In this document: positions 12,748-24,596 of the stretch, piece by piece
Layout: each line of letters starts with the position of its first letter
Numbering within the stretch: position 1 is the stretch's first letter
Source of the DNA: Paecilomyces variotii
Taxonomy: Eukaryota
Assembly (NCBI GenBank): GCA_004022145.1
Contig: RCNU01000001.1
Strand: one strand, 5' to 3'
Length of the DNA stretch: 64,000 nucleotides
The notes under the pieces: model-generated
The model's database searches: none
Seen by the model: only the letters and a program-made list of their open reading frames with translations
Told to the model about the DNA's origin: nothing
Translations under genes and position numbers: made by a program

Positions 12748-15099
12748 ATGGCGGAGTGAGTCGTCAACATCTTCCCCCCCATTTCCGTTGTCGCTCGTCC
12801 TTCCTATACGCGGGTCAGGACGAGCGCTTGGGGTCTTGAGTGCTGATATCATCGCAATAGTCTTATTTCTCTATACTCTCATTCACACTATCGCTTCATA
12901 TCACCTTCCAGGATGACGTCTCGTCCTAGTCACCAGAGATCAGCCTCGTCCGGCACCAGATCCGTGTCCCCGGGGAAATCAGTTACCAAAGCCAAATCGA
13001 CCAACGCCCTATCCGACCTCAGCAGCAAGTTCACGAGGTCGACCTCAAACCCAAAGATCGAGGAGTTTCCAGAGAGCAACTTGAACACGCTGAGAGATCC
13101 ACGCCTCGCGAGTACTTCGGATCTGTCGGAGACATCAACGTCGGCTCCCCATCACCCGGACCTGAGCAATGAAGTCGCCGCTTTGAGTGTCAAGCTTATC
13201 CAGGCGATCAACAACCAGACCACGTTGGACGACACGCTGGCGGAAACCCGCCAGCAACTAGAGAATGCACAGAGCAAGATTACAGAGCTCCAGACGGCGA
13301 ACGATAAATACCGCAAAGACATCACGGACGAAGTGCTGGTCAAAAAGTCCGACGTCGACTATGAGATTCTACGCCTGAAAGCCTCCTTGGCGGAGGAGCG
13401 TGCCCAGCGTGCTCTGGCCGACAGAGCCAAGAAGAACATCGAGCAAGAACTCGAGACTCTGACAGCGGCCCTCTTCGAAGAGGCCAACAAGGTGAGTTTT
13501 CAACTGATAAGCACCAACGTCCAGTCTAGGCCTAGGCTGACGAGGACTATTTAGATGGTGTCTGCAGCCAAGCAGGAACGGGAAGCTGTGGAAAAGAAAA
13601 ATGAGCAGTTACGATCACAGATAAAGGACATGGAGAATCTCATGGCCTCTCAACAACAACAACTCGCAGAGTTGAAGAGCGTGATGCAAGGAATGGGCAG
13701 TGTTCGTGATGAAGCCGATACTCTTACCATTGCCTCTACCGCTCCATCTTCGCCGTGCGTCACCCAGCAATCCCTCGCCGGTATCAGTCGACTGCGTGAA
13801 ACCCCGAGCTTTTCGCCTATTACTCCAGTCTCTATGGACCTCTCACCGGGCCCCTCCACCAGCTTCCCTAACCTGATCAAGACCGTGTGCCGTACGGACG
13901 TGCAAGCGTACGATGACTTCCGCGATCTGCTGAATCACTCCACGAACTCGAAACCTCCCAGCCGGGCTGCCAGTGGATCGTACGCTGGCCTGAATGTGAT
14001 GGGGTTGGCCAGCTTAGCCGGCCATAGCATTTCTCCAAACCCTTCTTTCGGATTGCAGGGGTCAATATCCCAAAGTCACTCACCGAATTCAAGTGCTTCT
14101 TCCCCACAACCTTCCAGTGCTCATATCCCACTGAAGGAGACCAGATTCTACAAGCGAGCTCTAACGGAAGACATTGAGCCGACTTTGAGGCTCGATATGG
14201 CTCCTGGCATCTCCTGGCTTACACGCCGCAGTGTTCTCAGTAGTATTTGCGAAGGTTCACTGGTCGTGGAGCCCATGCCGCCCGCATCTTTGAAGTATGC
14301 ATTTCCCTGTTCTCTCTGCGGCGAACGGAGGAAGGGTACTGAGAATGAGAGAACTCATCGATTCCGAACTTCTGACAGTGAGACCGCTCAGCGGTATCCA
14401 CTGTGCGTGCTCTGTCTCGAGAAGGTGCGCTCATGCTGTGACTTCACCGGCTATCTGCGTCTCATCCTTGACGGGCATATCCGCGTAAGTGACGCGGAGG
14501 ATGAGAAGGAAGCTTGGGAAGAGACCATCCGCTTAAGGGAAAGGATGTTCTGGTCGAGGATCGGCGGAGGCGTGGTACCGACGTTTACCACCGCGGCGTC
14601 GAGTCCTGAGAAGACTTCTCCGGATCAGGACTCCTTGGCCCCGGCTGAGGACAATGGTGAATCCGGAGACCATTCATCTATGAGGCTTCGGCGATGCTCC
14701 ATCTCCGAAAGCGTAATAGTGAAAGACAGCAAGGAGACCTCCGATGAGTCTGAAGATCCTTTCCATTCTGGCGCCAAGAGAGCCTCCATCGGCACCACAA
14801 TCATCTCGCAGGTCGAGATTGAAGAGGTCCGACATGAGGACATGAAGGAGGAAGACGTGAAGGACGATATTCAGGTTTCAGAGAAGGTCGACTCTCAAGC
14901 TGAACAAGTTCAGGAAGCGGATACACAACCGAATCATCTTGCTTCGGATGAGAAACACACAGAGGTGCATTCAGCGCGGATTCCCGTCTCTGAAACAGAG
15001 CCAGAAGCATCTCAGGATCGTCCCTCTACTCCACCACTCAAGGGTGATGCGGAGACCGCACCCAGGCTCACAGTTAGTATCCCTGGATCATTCGACTGA
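12748..15099 (+). CDS. SEC2: Rab GDP/GTP exchange factor Sec2
   Basis: Short exon 12748-12755 (ATGGCGGA|gtgagt), exons 12861-13491 and 13555-15099. Sec2 coiled coil IEQELETLTAALFEEANKMV; EDIEPTLRLD.APGISWL; CSLCGE..YPLC..CLEKVRSCCDF; LRERMFWSRIG. Confidence 0.93.
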
Positions 15100-16082
15100 C
15101 AGAGAACCACGTTCCATGTCTAACCGATTCATGAACACGTGTCATGAATATCATCATCGATACCCGTTTCCGAAGGGTCCGCCGAAACGGGACGCTTCAT
15201 GCGTCTTTACCCTTCTTTATTGCATATAACTTCTGTTGTAATTATCATGGCATGGTTCCGCAGGATACTCGGGTTCCTTTCACTTCCAGAGCACTTTGCT
15301 CGTCTGTATTATTACCCCGACATTTTGCGTCACTACTATATAATAATACCCGCACCGTCTTTTGTGATGTTTATGGATGGTCTTACTGTCGCGTTTTGTT
15401 TTTCTCAAATCAGCGAAGTTGTTCGATTGAGGCTTCTCTCACTGGTTCTGCCGGGAAAGGAGCCTCCTTCTCCAGACGGACGTCATCCTGATCTGTCTTT
15501 TTTGGCCGTTCGAGGCGTCTACCGCTGGAGTATATCTTGTTGCTTGTTTCTGTGATTTTTTCTCGGTGAATGCGAATGTCAGCATCCCCCATACATATTA
15601 TCGCGATATCACACTATTTTGACTCGTGCATATTGTCTTTTTCCCTGTTTACTTATGCGGAGCTTCTCTTTTCTTGTCTTTCGTTACTATTTATTGCTCC
15701 CCTTTCTGCTTGGGAGACAAAAACTACTAAACGCTGTTAATGCCGCATGGAAATAGATCTTATATAGTTTTAATCGTTACGTTTTCCCTGTGAGGGAGAT
15801 ATCAGGTAGATACTCGAGCTTATTGGGTTTCAAGTAGATTGAATCATAGTCAAGTTCGATTCGTGCTCGCTCAATCTGAGATATCTGAAGAAGTGAGGCG
15901 AAGTATTTGAGAGAACTACTTATACAACATGACGTATCTTCCTGTTTCAAAGAAGAAGAAAAATAACCCCCCACCGATAATAATGAGAAGAACTCCGTTT
16001 AAACCGCGATTAGAAGAATATCTGCATACTCCACACCACTGCAACGACACGACTTTTGTTCCTGCATATTCTTTTGGCATTT

Positions 16083-17849
16083 CTATTGTCCATATCTCTG
16101 ATGGATATGTCTGATCTGTTCATTAATGTCCATATTTTGCGGATTCGTGCCAGGCGGTCCGACGGTAGGGCCAACGCCAGGACAGCACCGGGGGGAGGGG
16201 GAGGAGCACCAGGGTATGCAGGCATCTGCGCACCCATGGCCATTCTCTTTCGACGGGCTTCTTCTTCGCTCTCGGGGACGTTTTCGCCCGGAACGATGGG
16301 CGTGGAGTCGAAGACGTCGCTGCGCTGACTGGCGAGACGTTTGAGGTTGTTGACCACGTCGACGGTGGAGAGGTTGGTGGTTGCGCTGCGGGATTCGGCC
16401 TTGGCTCGTTGTTCCTTCCAGCGGGGGTCGAGCAGTTCGATACGCATGTGGTGCTCGAGTTCGGAGACGGGGATTTGCTGTTTGCAGTTCGGGCAGAGGG
16501 CTGTGGCGCCGGCGTTGTTGAGACGACGAGCCTGGGCGCGAGGGACGTAGTCGGATCGGATGCGCATGGGCGGTTGGCCTGGGACGGTGGGGGGTCGGCC
16601 GGTCGTTTGAGCTGCAGCGGCGCGCTCTTCCTCCTCGCGAGATGCGCCCACGGGCGCGACGGGCGCGGGCTGTGGTACGTTGTACGGGGTAGGAGCAGCT
16701 GCGGGGAGTGGTTGTTGAGGTTGAGCTGGAGGCTGCACTTGTGGGCCAGGGGAGGGAGTGTATTGAGGTGTAGGTTCGGCAGGGTAGGCGTTGTAGTAGA
16801 CATGGTCGTCTGTATCTGTGGGCATGGCCTCCTCGATGCGCAGGGGATTGAGAGACATCATTGCCTTCTGCTCGAGCGATGCAGACTGGATGTCGTTGAG
16901 GGATGTTGGCGGTGGTAGCTCTGCCTGGTCATCGGCCTCGGTAAAGAGGACCGTCTCGACGACCACGAAATCGTGCCAGTCGATCTGAGCGTACTCTATC
17001 CGTTCCTGCTCCTCCTCTTCTTCTTTCTTCTGCTTCTGCTGCTCCTGGTACTTGACCCACTCTGCTCGCTGCTTTGCGCGTTCCAGGATGTGGTACTTGT
17101 TCTTCACGTTCTGCTCCAGCTCGCCTATCCGCTTCGTCTCAGGAAGTTCGGTATGGTCCGGTCGTAGCAATATCGTGTACTGATCTACCAATCGGCTGAA
17201 GAACTGGTAGAGACTGTGTTGCGGTCGTAGAAAGTCGAACTGGAAATTTCTCGTCTCGCGCTGCGATAACGCCGTCATGAAGGATTTGCCTCTCTTGGCG
17301 ACAAAGAGGGCTGTCAATTTGACCACTTCCAGATCCTGAGCGTTGATAATCGGCATTCGTGCTGAGAAATGGAACTCTGGCGGTTGCGCAGGTCCTTGAG
17401 GCTTTTCTGGTTCGGGCGCCGCCGCCGCCTCTCCTGGCCGTCCTGCTGAGACAGCAGTCCCTCGTCCTTCCTTGATCTCGCTGAGTCGCCATCGATAGAA
17501 TGGTGCGTATGCATCGTTGGGACTCAGGAAGGAAAATTTGGGGTTATTTTTTTCCTTTTCGCGGACACGGTCTGGATCCAGTGTATCAGCATCTTATCAC
17601 GACCAGAGAGATAGCATCAACGGATGGACTTACCCTCGAAAATGGCACCGTTACGAGCCACATAACCAGCCGTCTTCTCGACGATAGCTAGAGATGAGTT
17701 AGCCTTGCACAAAACGCGAACACGAGCAGGGCGCAAAGTGACTTACCTCGAATATCCTTGGGCGGCAAAACCACTCCCTCGGGAGGTTTGCTGACCTCCT
17801 CGGGCAGCGTTGGCGTCGCGGGGGTCCCGTTTGCAGTTGAAGCCGCCAT
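16083..17849 (-). CDS. PRP21: Splicing factor SF3a subunit 1 (Prp21/Sap114), with an apparent 1-nt frameshift near the 3' end
   Basis: Exons 17849-17747, 17687-17634, 17571-16083. Two SURP modules (IVEKTAGYVARNG; VVKLTALFVAKRG), YAQIDWHDFVVVET, CPNCKQQIP..EHHMRIELLDPRWKEQ. The C-terminus ...DINEQIRHIHQRYGQ* (stop 16083-16085) lies one frame off. Confidence 0.92.
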
Positions 17850-18625
17850 CTTGTCGTACCCTGCACGCGCGGGTCGTAAGAAGCGAGGGAAGATGGAGGG
17901 GGCAACGGTCTAACAGGTCGAACTGTCGTATCTCGACGAGCTCAAAGCTGCCGACATTTGACCTCATGGATGGCGGCTGGCGCTAACTTTCGCTTTTACC
18001 CGCGCGCGTAACCGCCAGCCCGCCTGGTACGTGCGCCGGTACCTGTAATCCCAGGTAAATTACAGTGGAAACAAAGTACCCCATCGAGAGAGTAGTAAGT
18101 AGCTTGCTCTCGCGGCAGCCGTGAAACAATGCATCCAAAAGAGCATCTGACGCGAGGAATTTATAGTGAGCACGTAGAGAAGGCCATCGCTGCTATCACA
18201 TTTCTGGGATTCTCTTGCGCGGGCCTTGAATAGCTGTGAAAACGCAGGGCGCAGTAGTAGCTCGTCCTTTTTAATTCCCCCTTCCGCCTCCGCAGGCGCC
18301 GACGATCTGGCCTCTACTGACAACGCTTACGACTCCGACCTTCGTCTTCCGCACCGGGAGCTTCATTTGTCTGATTGCAATATATCCCGTCCTACATTCC
18401 TCTGTCCTTTAATTGTCATGGGGCACATCTCTGCCTGTCACTACTCTCGTTGAGTCCCGATTGATTTTTCTTTCCATACTTACTTCCCTTTGACGCGGGG
18501 ACCGCGTGTTCTCGGCTGGGGGTTCCCCCATCACTTCCCCTTGAGCCATTGAGATCTGAGATCAGAGAACGATTTCACCTCGACACGGCGTTTCTGCTTC
18601 ACGGTGCTCCATCCAGACTGTCACA

Positions 18626-21600
18626 ATGCCCCCGAAGGCGGCAGATGTGCTGGAGGTGAAGCCCCTCCCTCGAACGGGGCGCTCTCGCAGCCGTTCTCCC
18701 AACCCCAAGGGTAAGAAGGGCGGCGTGACAACGAAGTCCAACCATTATGGATCAGACGGGGTCAAAGACAATAATATCTTCCGGTTGCCCAAATCGGACT
18801 ATAAGCTGGTGCTTGTCCTGACGGCTCTGGCTGCAATTGTCCGCTTGTTCAGGATCTACCAGCCATCCAGTGTCGTGTTCGATGAAGTCCAGTACGTCCT
18901 TGCTTGCTAGCTTGCGATTCCGCGAAAAGAGCTTCAACTGATGATAATTTCTCATAGCTTCGGTGGGTTTGCTTCGAAATATATCAAGGGGAGATTTTTC
19001 ATGGACGTTCACCCCCCGCTGGCTAAGCTCCTGATCACCCTGGCCGGATGGCTGGCTGGTTTCAATGGCGACTTTGACTTCAAGGATATTGGCAAGGACT
19101 ACCTCGAGCCCGGAGTGCCATATGTGGCGATGCGAATGCTCCCCGCTATTATGGGCGTTCTGACCGTCCCGCTCATGTTCCTGACGCTGAGAGCATCTGG
19201 CTGTCGCACATCGACCTCTGCGCTGGGTGCTGCCGTCCTAACTTTTGGTATGCGCCTCCTCCCAGCTTCCCAGTGGGACTAGTACTGATGATCCTGTGTG
19301 CGCAGAAAACGGCTTCATCACTCAGTCTCGTTTCATTCTCCTCGATTCGCCTCTCATCTTTTTCACCGCTCTCACGGCGTTGTCGTTTACTTGCTTCACC
19401 AACCAACATGAACAGGGGCCGGCCAAAGCGTTCCGACCCCAGTGGTGGTTCTGGCTAGCTGCTACTGGTCTCTGCTTGGGTGCTACACTCAGTGTGAAAT
19501 GGGTCGGGCTTTTTACCACTGCCTGGGTTGGATCCCTCACTGTTCTCCAGCTGTGGGTTCTGCTGGGCGATCCAGAGACCGTTACTCCGGTGCGTATCCC
19601 TCTTCTCCATATATTTAAAGCCTGACTGACTTGAGAGAAATTAGCGTCTGTGGTTCAAACACTTTTTCGCGCGTTTCTTCTGTCTGATCATCATACCCAT
19701 TGGATTTTACGTCGGAATGTTCTACATCCACTTCCTGTGTTTGGTCAATCCCGGAGAAGGTGATGGCTTCATGTCTGCCGAGTTCCAGGCGACACTCAAC
19801 TCGAAGAGCATGCAGGACGTCCCTGCCGATGTCGCGTTTGGTTCCAGAGTGAGCCTCCGGCACTGGAATACCCAGGGAGGGTATCTGCATTCGCACCCCC
19901 ACATGTACCCCGATGGCAGCAAGCAGCAGCAGGTCACCCTCTATCCCCACAAGGATGAGAACAACGTCTTCCTTCTCGAGAATCAGACTCAGCCCCTTGG
20001 ACCGTACGGCGAAGTCCCGGGACCGTTTGCTTGGGACAACATAACGACCGAGTTTATTGAAGATGGTGCTACGATTAGATTGTATCACATCATGACCCAC
20101 CGCAGAATCCACTCGCACGATATCCGCCCCCCGATCACCGAGGCAGAATGGCAGAATGAAGTTTCTGCCTATGGCTACGAAGGGTTTGCCGGTGATGCAA
20201 ACGACCTATTTCGCGTGGAGATTGTTAAATCCTTGTCCGACGGTGACGAGGCTAAGAAGAGGGTGCGGACGATCCAAACCAAGTTCCGATTGATCCACCT
20301 CATGACCGGTTGTGTACTATTCTCGCACAAGGTAAAACTGCCCGAGTGGGCTTGGGACCAGCAGGAAGTGACGTGTGCCAAAGGCGCAACGCTCCCCAAC
20401 AGTGTCTGGTTCATTGAGACAAACCAGCACCCTATGCTGGCGGAAGATGCCGAAAAGGTCAACTACCGTGATCCCGGCTTCTTGGGTAAGTTCTGGGAGC
20501 TGCAGAAGGTCATGTGGAAGACGAATGCGGGCTTGGTCGAGTCTCACGCGTGGGATTCTCGTCCTCCTTCGTGGCCGACGTTGCTGCGCGGTATCAACTT
20601 CTGGGGCAAGGACCACCGCCAGATATATCTATTGGGCAATCCGGTGATCTGGTGGTCCTCGACTGCAGCCATCGGTGTTTACGTGCTCTTCAAGGGTATT
20701 GCTGTCCTCCGTTGGCAGCGCGGATACCGTGATTATGATCAGGTGAATTTCAAGCGCTTCGACTACGAAATCGGAACGAGCGTGCTGGGATGGGCTTTCC
20801 ATTACTTCCCTTTCTATCTCATGGCTCGTCAGCTTTTCCTACACCACTATTTCCCCGCGCTTTACTTCGCCATTATGGCACTTTGCCAGGTATACGACTT
20901 CATCACCGGCCGAGTGGGCAAGTTGAAGTCTCGACCCGCCATCGGCCATGTGCTCATGGCGATCTTTCTCGGCCTCAGCATCTTCACCTTTACTCTATAT
21001 TCTCCGCTCGTGTACGGCAACCCCTGGACGCAGGACGCTTGCCGCAAAGTCAAGCTTCTCGAATCGTGGGATTTTGACTGCAACACCTTCTATACTGACG
21101 TAAGTCCTCCTCAGTGGAAACCACCCCGCCGTGGTTTCTAAAAACGATGATGGCCAACTGGCGCTGACGGAGGTGATTGTTACCTTTTAGTTGAGTCAGT
21201 ACCGAACCCAGTTTGTCAACCTAGGCCAAGCCGTCCCGACGAACACCGAGTACGAGCCCCCTGTACAGCACTATCAACCGCCTCCCCAGCAGCAGCAGCA
21301 GCAACAACAACAGCAAGTACTACAGGATGATGCGCATGCCAACGTAACGCCGCAGCCTGCGCGGCAGCAGGTGGTCGGTCATGGGAAGCGCGTGGAGTAC
21401 CGAGACGAAAAGGGCAACATTCTAGACGAGGAGCTTGTGTTGTCACTCGAGAAAGAGGGTAAAGTAACGTTTGAGACGCGATACGAGACGCGGACAAAGG
21501 TGATCGACCAGCAGGGCCAGGACCTCTACGGCGAGGAATCGAAGGACCGGCATCATGCGCCGCCACACCCTGACGTCGAAGGCCAGAATCCGGAGACGGC

Positions 21601-21733
21601 GGGTCGTGGTGACGAGGTGCCGGCGCCTCAGCAACCCGCGTCAGCAGTGGGGGAAGAGAAGTCAGTTGAGGCCGCCGATGTGCGTGAGCCCAAGCCGGCC
21701 AGCGAAGGCAAGGAGGCCACAAAGAAAACTTAG
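18626..21733 (+). CDS. PMT1: Dolichyl-phosphate-mannose:protein O-mannosyltransferase, Pmt1 subfamily (PmtB-type)
   Basis: Exons 18626-18891, 18958-19247, 19306-19589, 19645-21099, 21191-21733. VVFDEVHFGGFA..FMDVHPPL, MIR domains (YLHSH, RIHSH), RQLFLHHYFPAL; long C-terminal extension typical of filamentous-fungal Pmt1. Confidence 0.94.
21287..21316 (+). repeat. CAG/CAA polyglutamine tract (Q10) in the PMT1 C-terminal exon
   Basis: (CAG)5(CAA)3CAGCAA read directly. Confidence 0.9.
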
Positions 21734-22287
21734 GGGGAAGTCATGTAAACTGCATCTTTTTTTGGACTGAGAAAGTCATCGTTTGATCTACAGGATCTGA
21801 ACGGCAGAACAATTGTACACGTAGCTCTTCATTATTTTGGGGGAACCTTTTTTTTTTTCTTTTTATCTTCTCTTTTCTTTTCTCCTTTTTCTTTTGCCCA
21901 TGGATTTATGGACGTCTCGGAGAAGAAATAAAATATAAATTCGAGCTGTATCAATATCAGTTCTTGTTTGCTTTTTATATTTTTTCATTTCTTTCCGCTC
22001 TGGTCGATATCAGGGATCACGTGGATGAGGAATACTTCTCATCTGATATGATATATAATCAATGATGCCTTTTCTATGCAGATAGCGATTGAGATAAGCG
22101 GAGAAAATAAAAAAAAGAAAGCAAATGACAAAAGAAACAGTCAAAGCGATCTGCCATTGAATGATGCTAACAACAACTATGCACACATACAAGAGTTCCT
22201 GAAAAAGAACCCTCTAATGCCCCTTGATATCCCAGCTAGAGTACAACATGACGCGACGAGGAAAAAGCGTGAAACGTTTCCCCGACT

Positions 22288-23122
22288 CTAGTAGTCATAC
22301 TCCTCCTTGCCGTACTTGTTGAAGCGCTCGTGGAGGTCCTATACATATATCCGGTCAGTTCGAAACACTCCCTGAAGAATCCCAAGATTGGGATTCAAGA
22401 TAAGAGGGAGATCACGCACCGCGGGCAGAGTCACGTTGGGAACGATGACAGTGTTAAGGGCGCTGGGGGCGTCACGAAGAGGCTGGTTCTTGTCACCGTG
22501 GGGGTGGTACTGGTACTTGTAGACCTTGCCGTCCTCAGAGGGGCGGTCCCAGGGCATGGCGGACTCGCCGATACGGACGTTGCTCTCGGAGGTGACGGTG
22601 GTGGGCTTGCGGCCGAAGTACCTATTTTGCGAGAAAATCGAGGAGATCCGTTAGCCCATTGATTCATGTTTCAATTCGTCTTTCTCCGTCTCTTGTCCTT
22701 TCTTCTCTTGCATCTGGTCCCCATGTCGCTTTCTCTCTCGTTTCGAACTCCAATTCGATAGGCCGTTATCCTCCGACGCATGGAACAGCATTTGCATCAC
22801 CAGAGCCAGAAAAAAATAGAGGGAATATTTACCATCCAGCAATCAGGAAAGCACCAGACATAACACCGAGCAGGACCTAAACCGAATCAACCCCATCGCG
22901 TTAGCCAATTCCACCATGAACTTCCTCCTCCAACAACGAAACAGCTAAGAAAAAGAACAACGGCGCATCGCATACGTAAAGCTCGGGATCCCGCTTAGGA
23001 CCCTTGTCGAGACCGGCCTCCTCGACCTTGGAGGTGCTGGCGAAGCGACGGGTAGCGGGCGTGCGGAAGGCGGCGGGGCGGGCAAAGGCCCGACGGAGCT
23101 GGAAAGCAGCGATTGAAGACAT
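22288..23122 (-). CDS. Small single-pass mitochondrial protein, uncharacterised (possibly NDUFA4/B12D-like)
   Basis: Exons 23122-22976, 22875-22833, 22621-22420, 22338-22288 join in frame. Arg/Ala presequence (RRFAST), KRDPELY, TM VLLGVMSGAFLIAGWYF, then MPW..YKYQYHPHGD; strong C/G-ending codon bias. Confidence 0.85.
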
Positions 23123-24596
23123 TGTGAATGGGATCGTGTGAGGGACACGGCCAACTGAGAGACGAAAACTCCGCTGGTGGTGGACGTGGGCAATTGAGGA
23201 AGCGAGAACTCGAGGAGGGAGAGATCGGGGGATCCGAGTGATGTCGTGATGTTCTTTTGCGGTGGAACGAGAGTTCCGAGATCACGGGATTCGCCCGTCG
23301 CTGGTTTGTCACGTGGTAGCTGGTTAGGTAACTTAGGTGGCCCAGTGCGTGCGGGTGGGTTAGTCAGCAGTGTATTTTTCTGGCAGAACAGTGGTAATTT
23401 TACACAGCGGCAGATATGGCTTATTGAGAGTATTGAGAGGCTGTTGAATATTCTACTATATCCTACTAATTGCAGAGATAGGCTGGCTGTTCAGTCGATC
23501 CGCGGTTGGAGCAATAGTCGTCTTAGCTAGTTCGTAGTTATTGACCTAACAATCTAGGGGTAAAGTATTGATAAAGTATTGAGCCAAAAGCGATGCTGCC
23601 TCGGGCTGAAAATGGAAAATTATTTAGAACTAAAAGTTTCCGCAGATATAATGAGTTCAGTAGCGATGGGTTATAGCCAGTATTTTATTTTTTTCAAGCG
23701 TTGATTTTTGTATCGATGCAGGAGTCAGGAGCAGTTGGCCGGTAATACAACTAACTATTCGAGATATACTGATAGAAGTGGTGTTGGTAGTAAATAGTAT
23801 TCTCACTTTAGACTGTAATTAATCAATTAACTGATTGGTTAATCATTAATTAATTGATTACTTTCTTTCTTCCTTACTTACTAGTACCTACTCCATCCTG
23901 CTCAACTCCGCCCCCAACTGAACCAATTAATTACCATACTGGTTGATGGTCTGTGATCGCCATCAGCCACATCGGGCAAAACAAACCATCCCTTTGCAAG
24001 CCTCCATCGACGTCAATCGCCCAGGTCGAGATTAAATCTCCAGAGGTGGCTGGCTTCAGCTGTGTCTGTTTTGTTTTGTTTTCCCTGGGTCCTATGTTCC
24101 AGGCCAGTGAAGCTGGGAGAGGCGATCAGAGTTGTTCCTGACTGCCGTCGATCAACTCAGACTGTCCCGGTTTCGCTCCCCTGGCGTCTCGTCTCTCTCT
24201 TCACTCGACAGGAAAAAAGAAAGCCAAACCCCCCCTTGTCTAGGGATCCTCCACGCTCATTTCTTCACTACTTCCCATCCACTCGTCTCTCGTTCCTTTG
24301 GATTGCTTTCTTTTTGTCTCTCTCTCTCTCTCTCTGTCTTTCATAACCTCTCACACACTCCCTTTCTATCCACGGTTCGGGTCCCTGAGATCGGCTGCAT
24401 CCTAGTCCCGCGCGGTGGTTCGCTCGTCGCTCCTTTGTTGCTCCATCGTCCATCGGCCATCCCCTTTCCTAAGCGCACTGCTCTCGCCTCATCCAGAATA
24501 CGAACTATATCTCGATTGTCGGGGTTATATTGCAACACCATGAGAAGTGACGCTGCGCGATAGAAACTGCCCGGGTGTCGAGACGATATCGAAACC

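Noticed and set aside
16010..16082. ORF-track end of PRP21 (...VVWSMQIFF)
   Set aside because: Probably a consequence of the frameshift; a more plausible C-terminus stops at 16083-16085.
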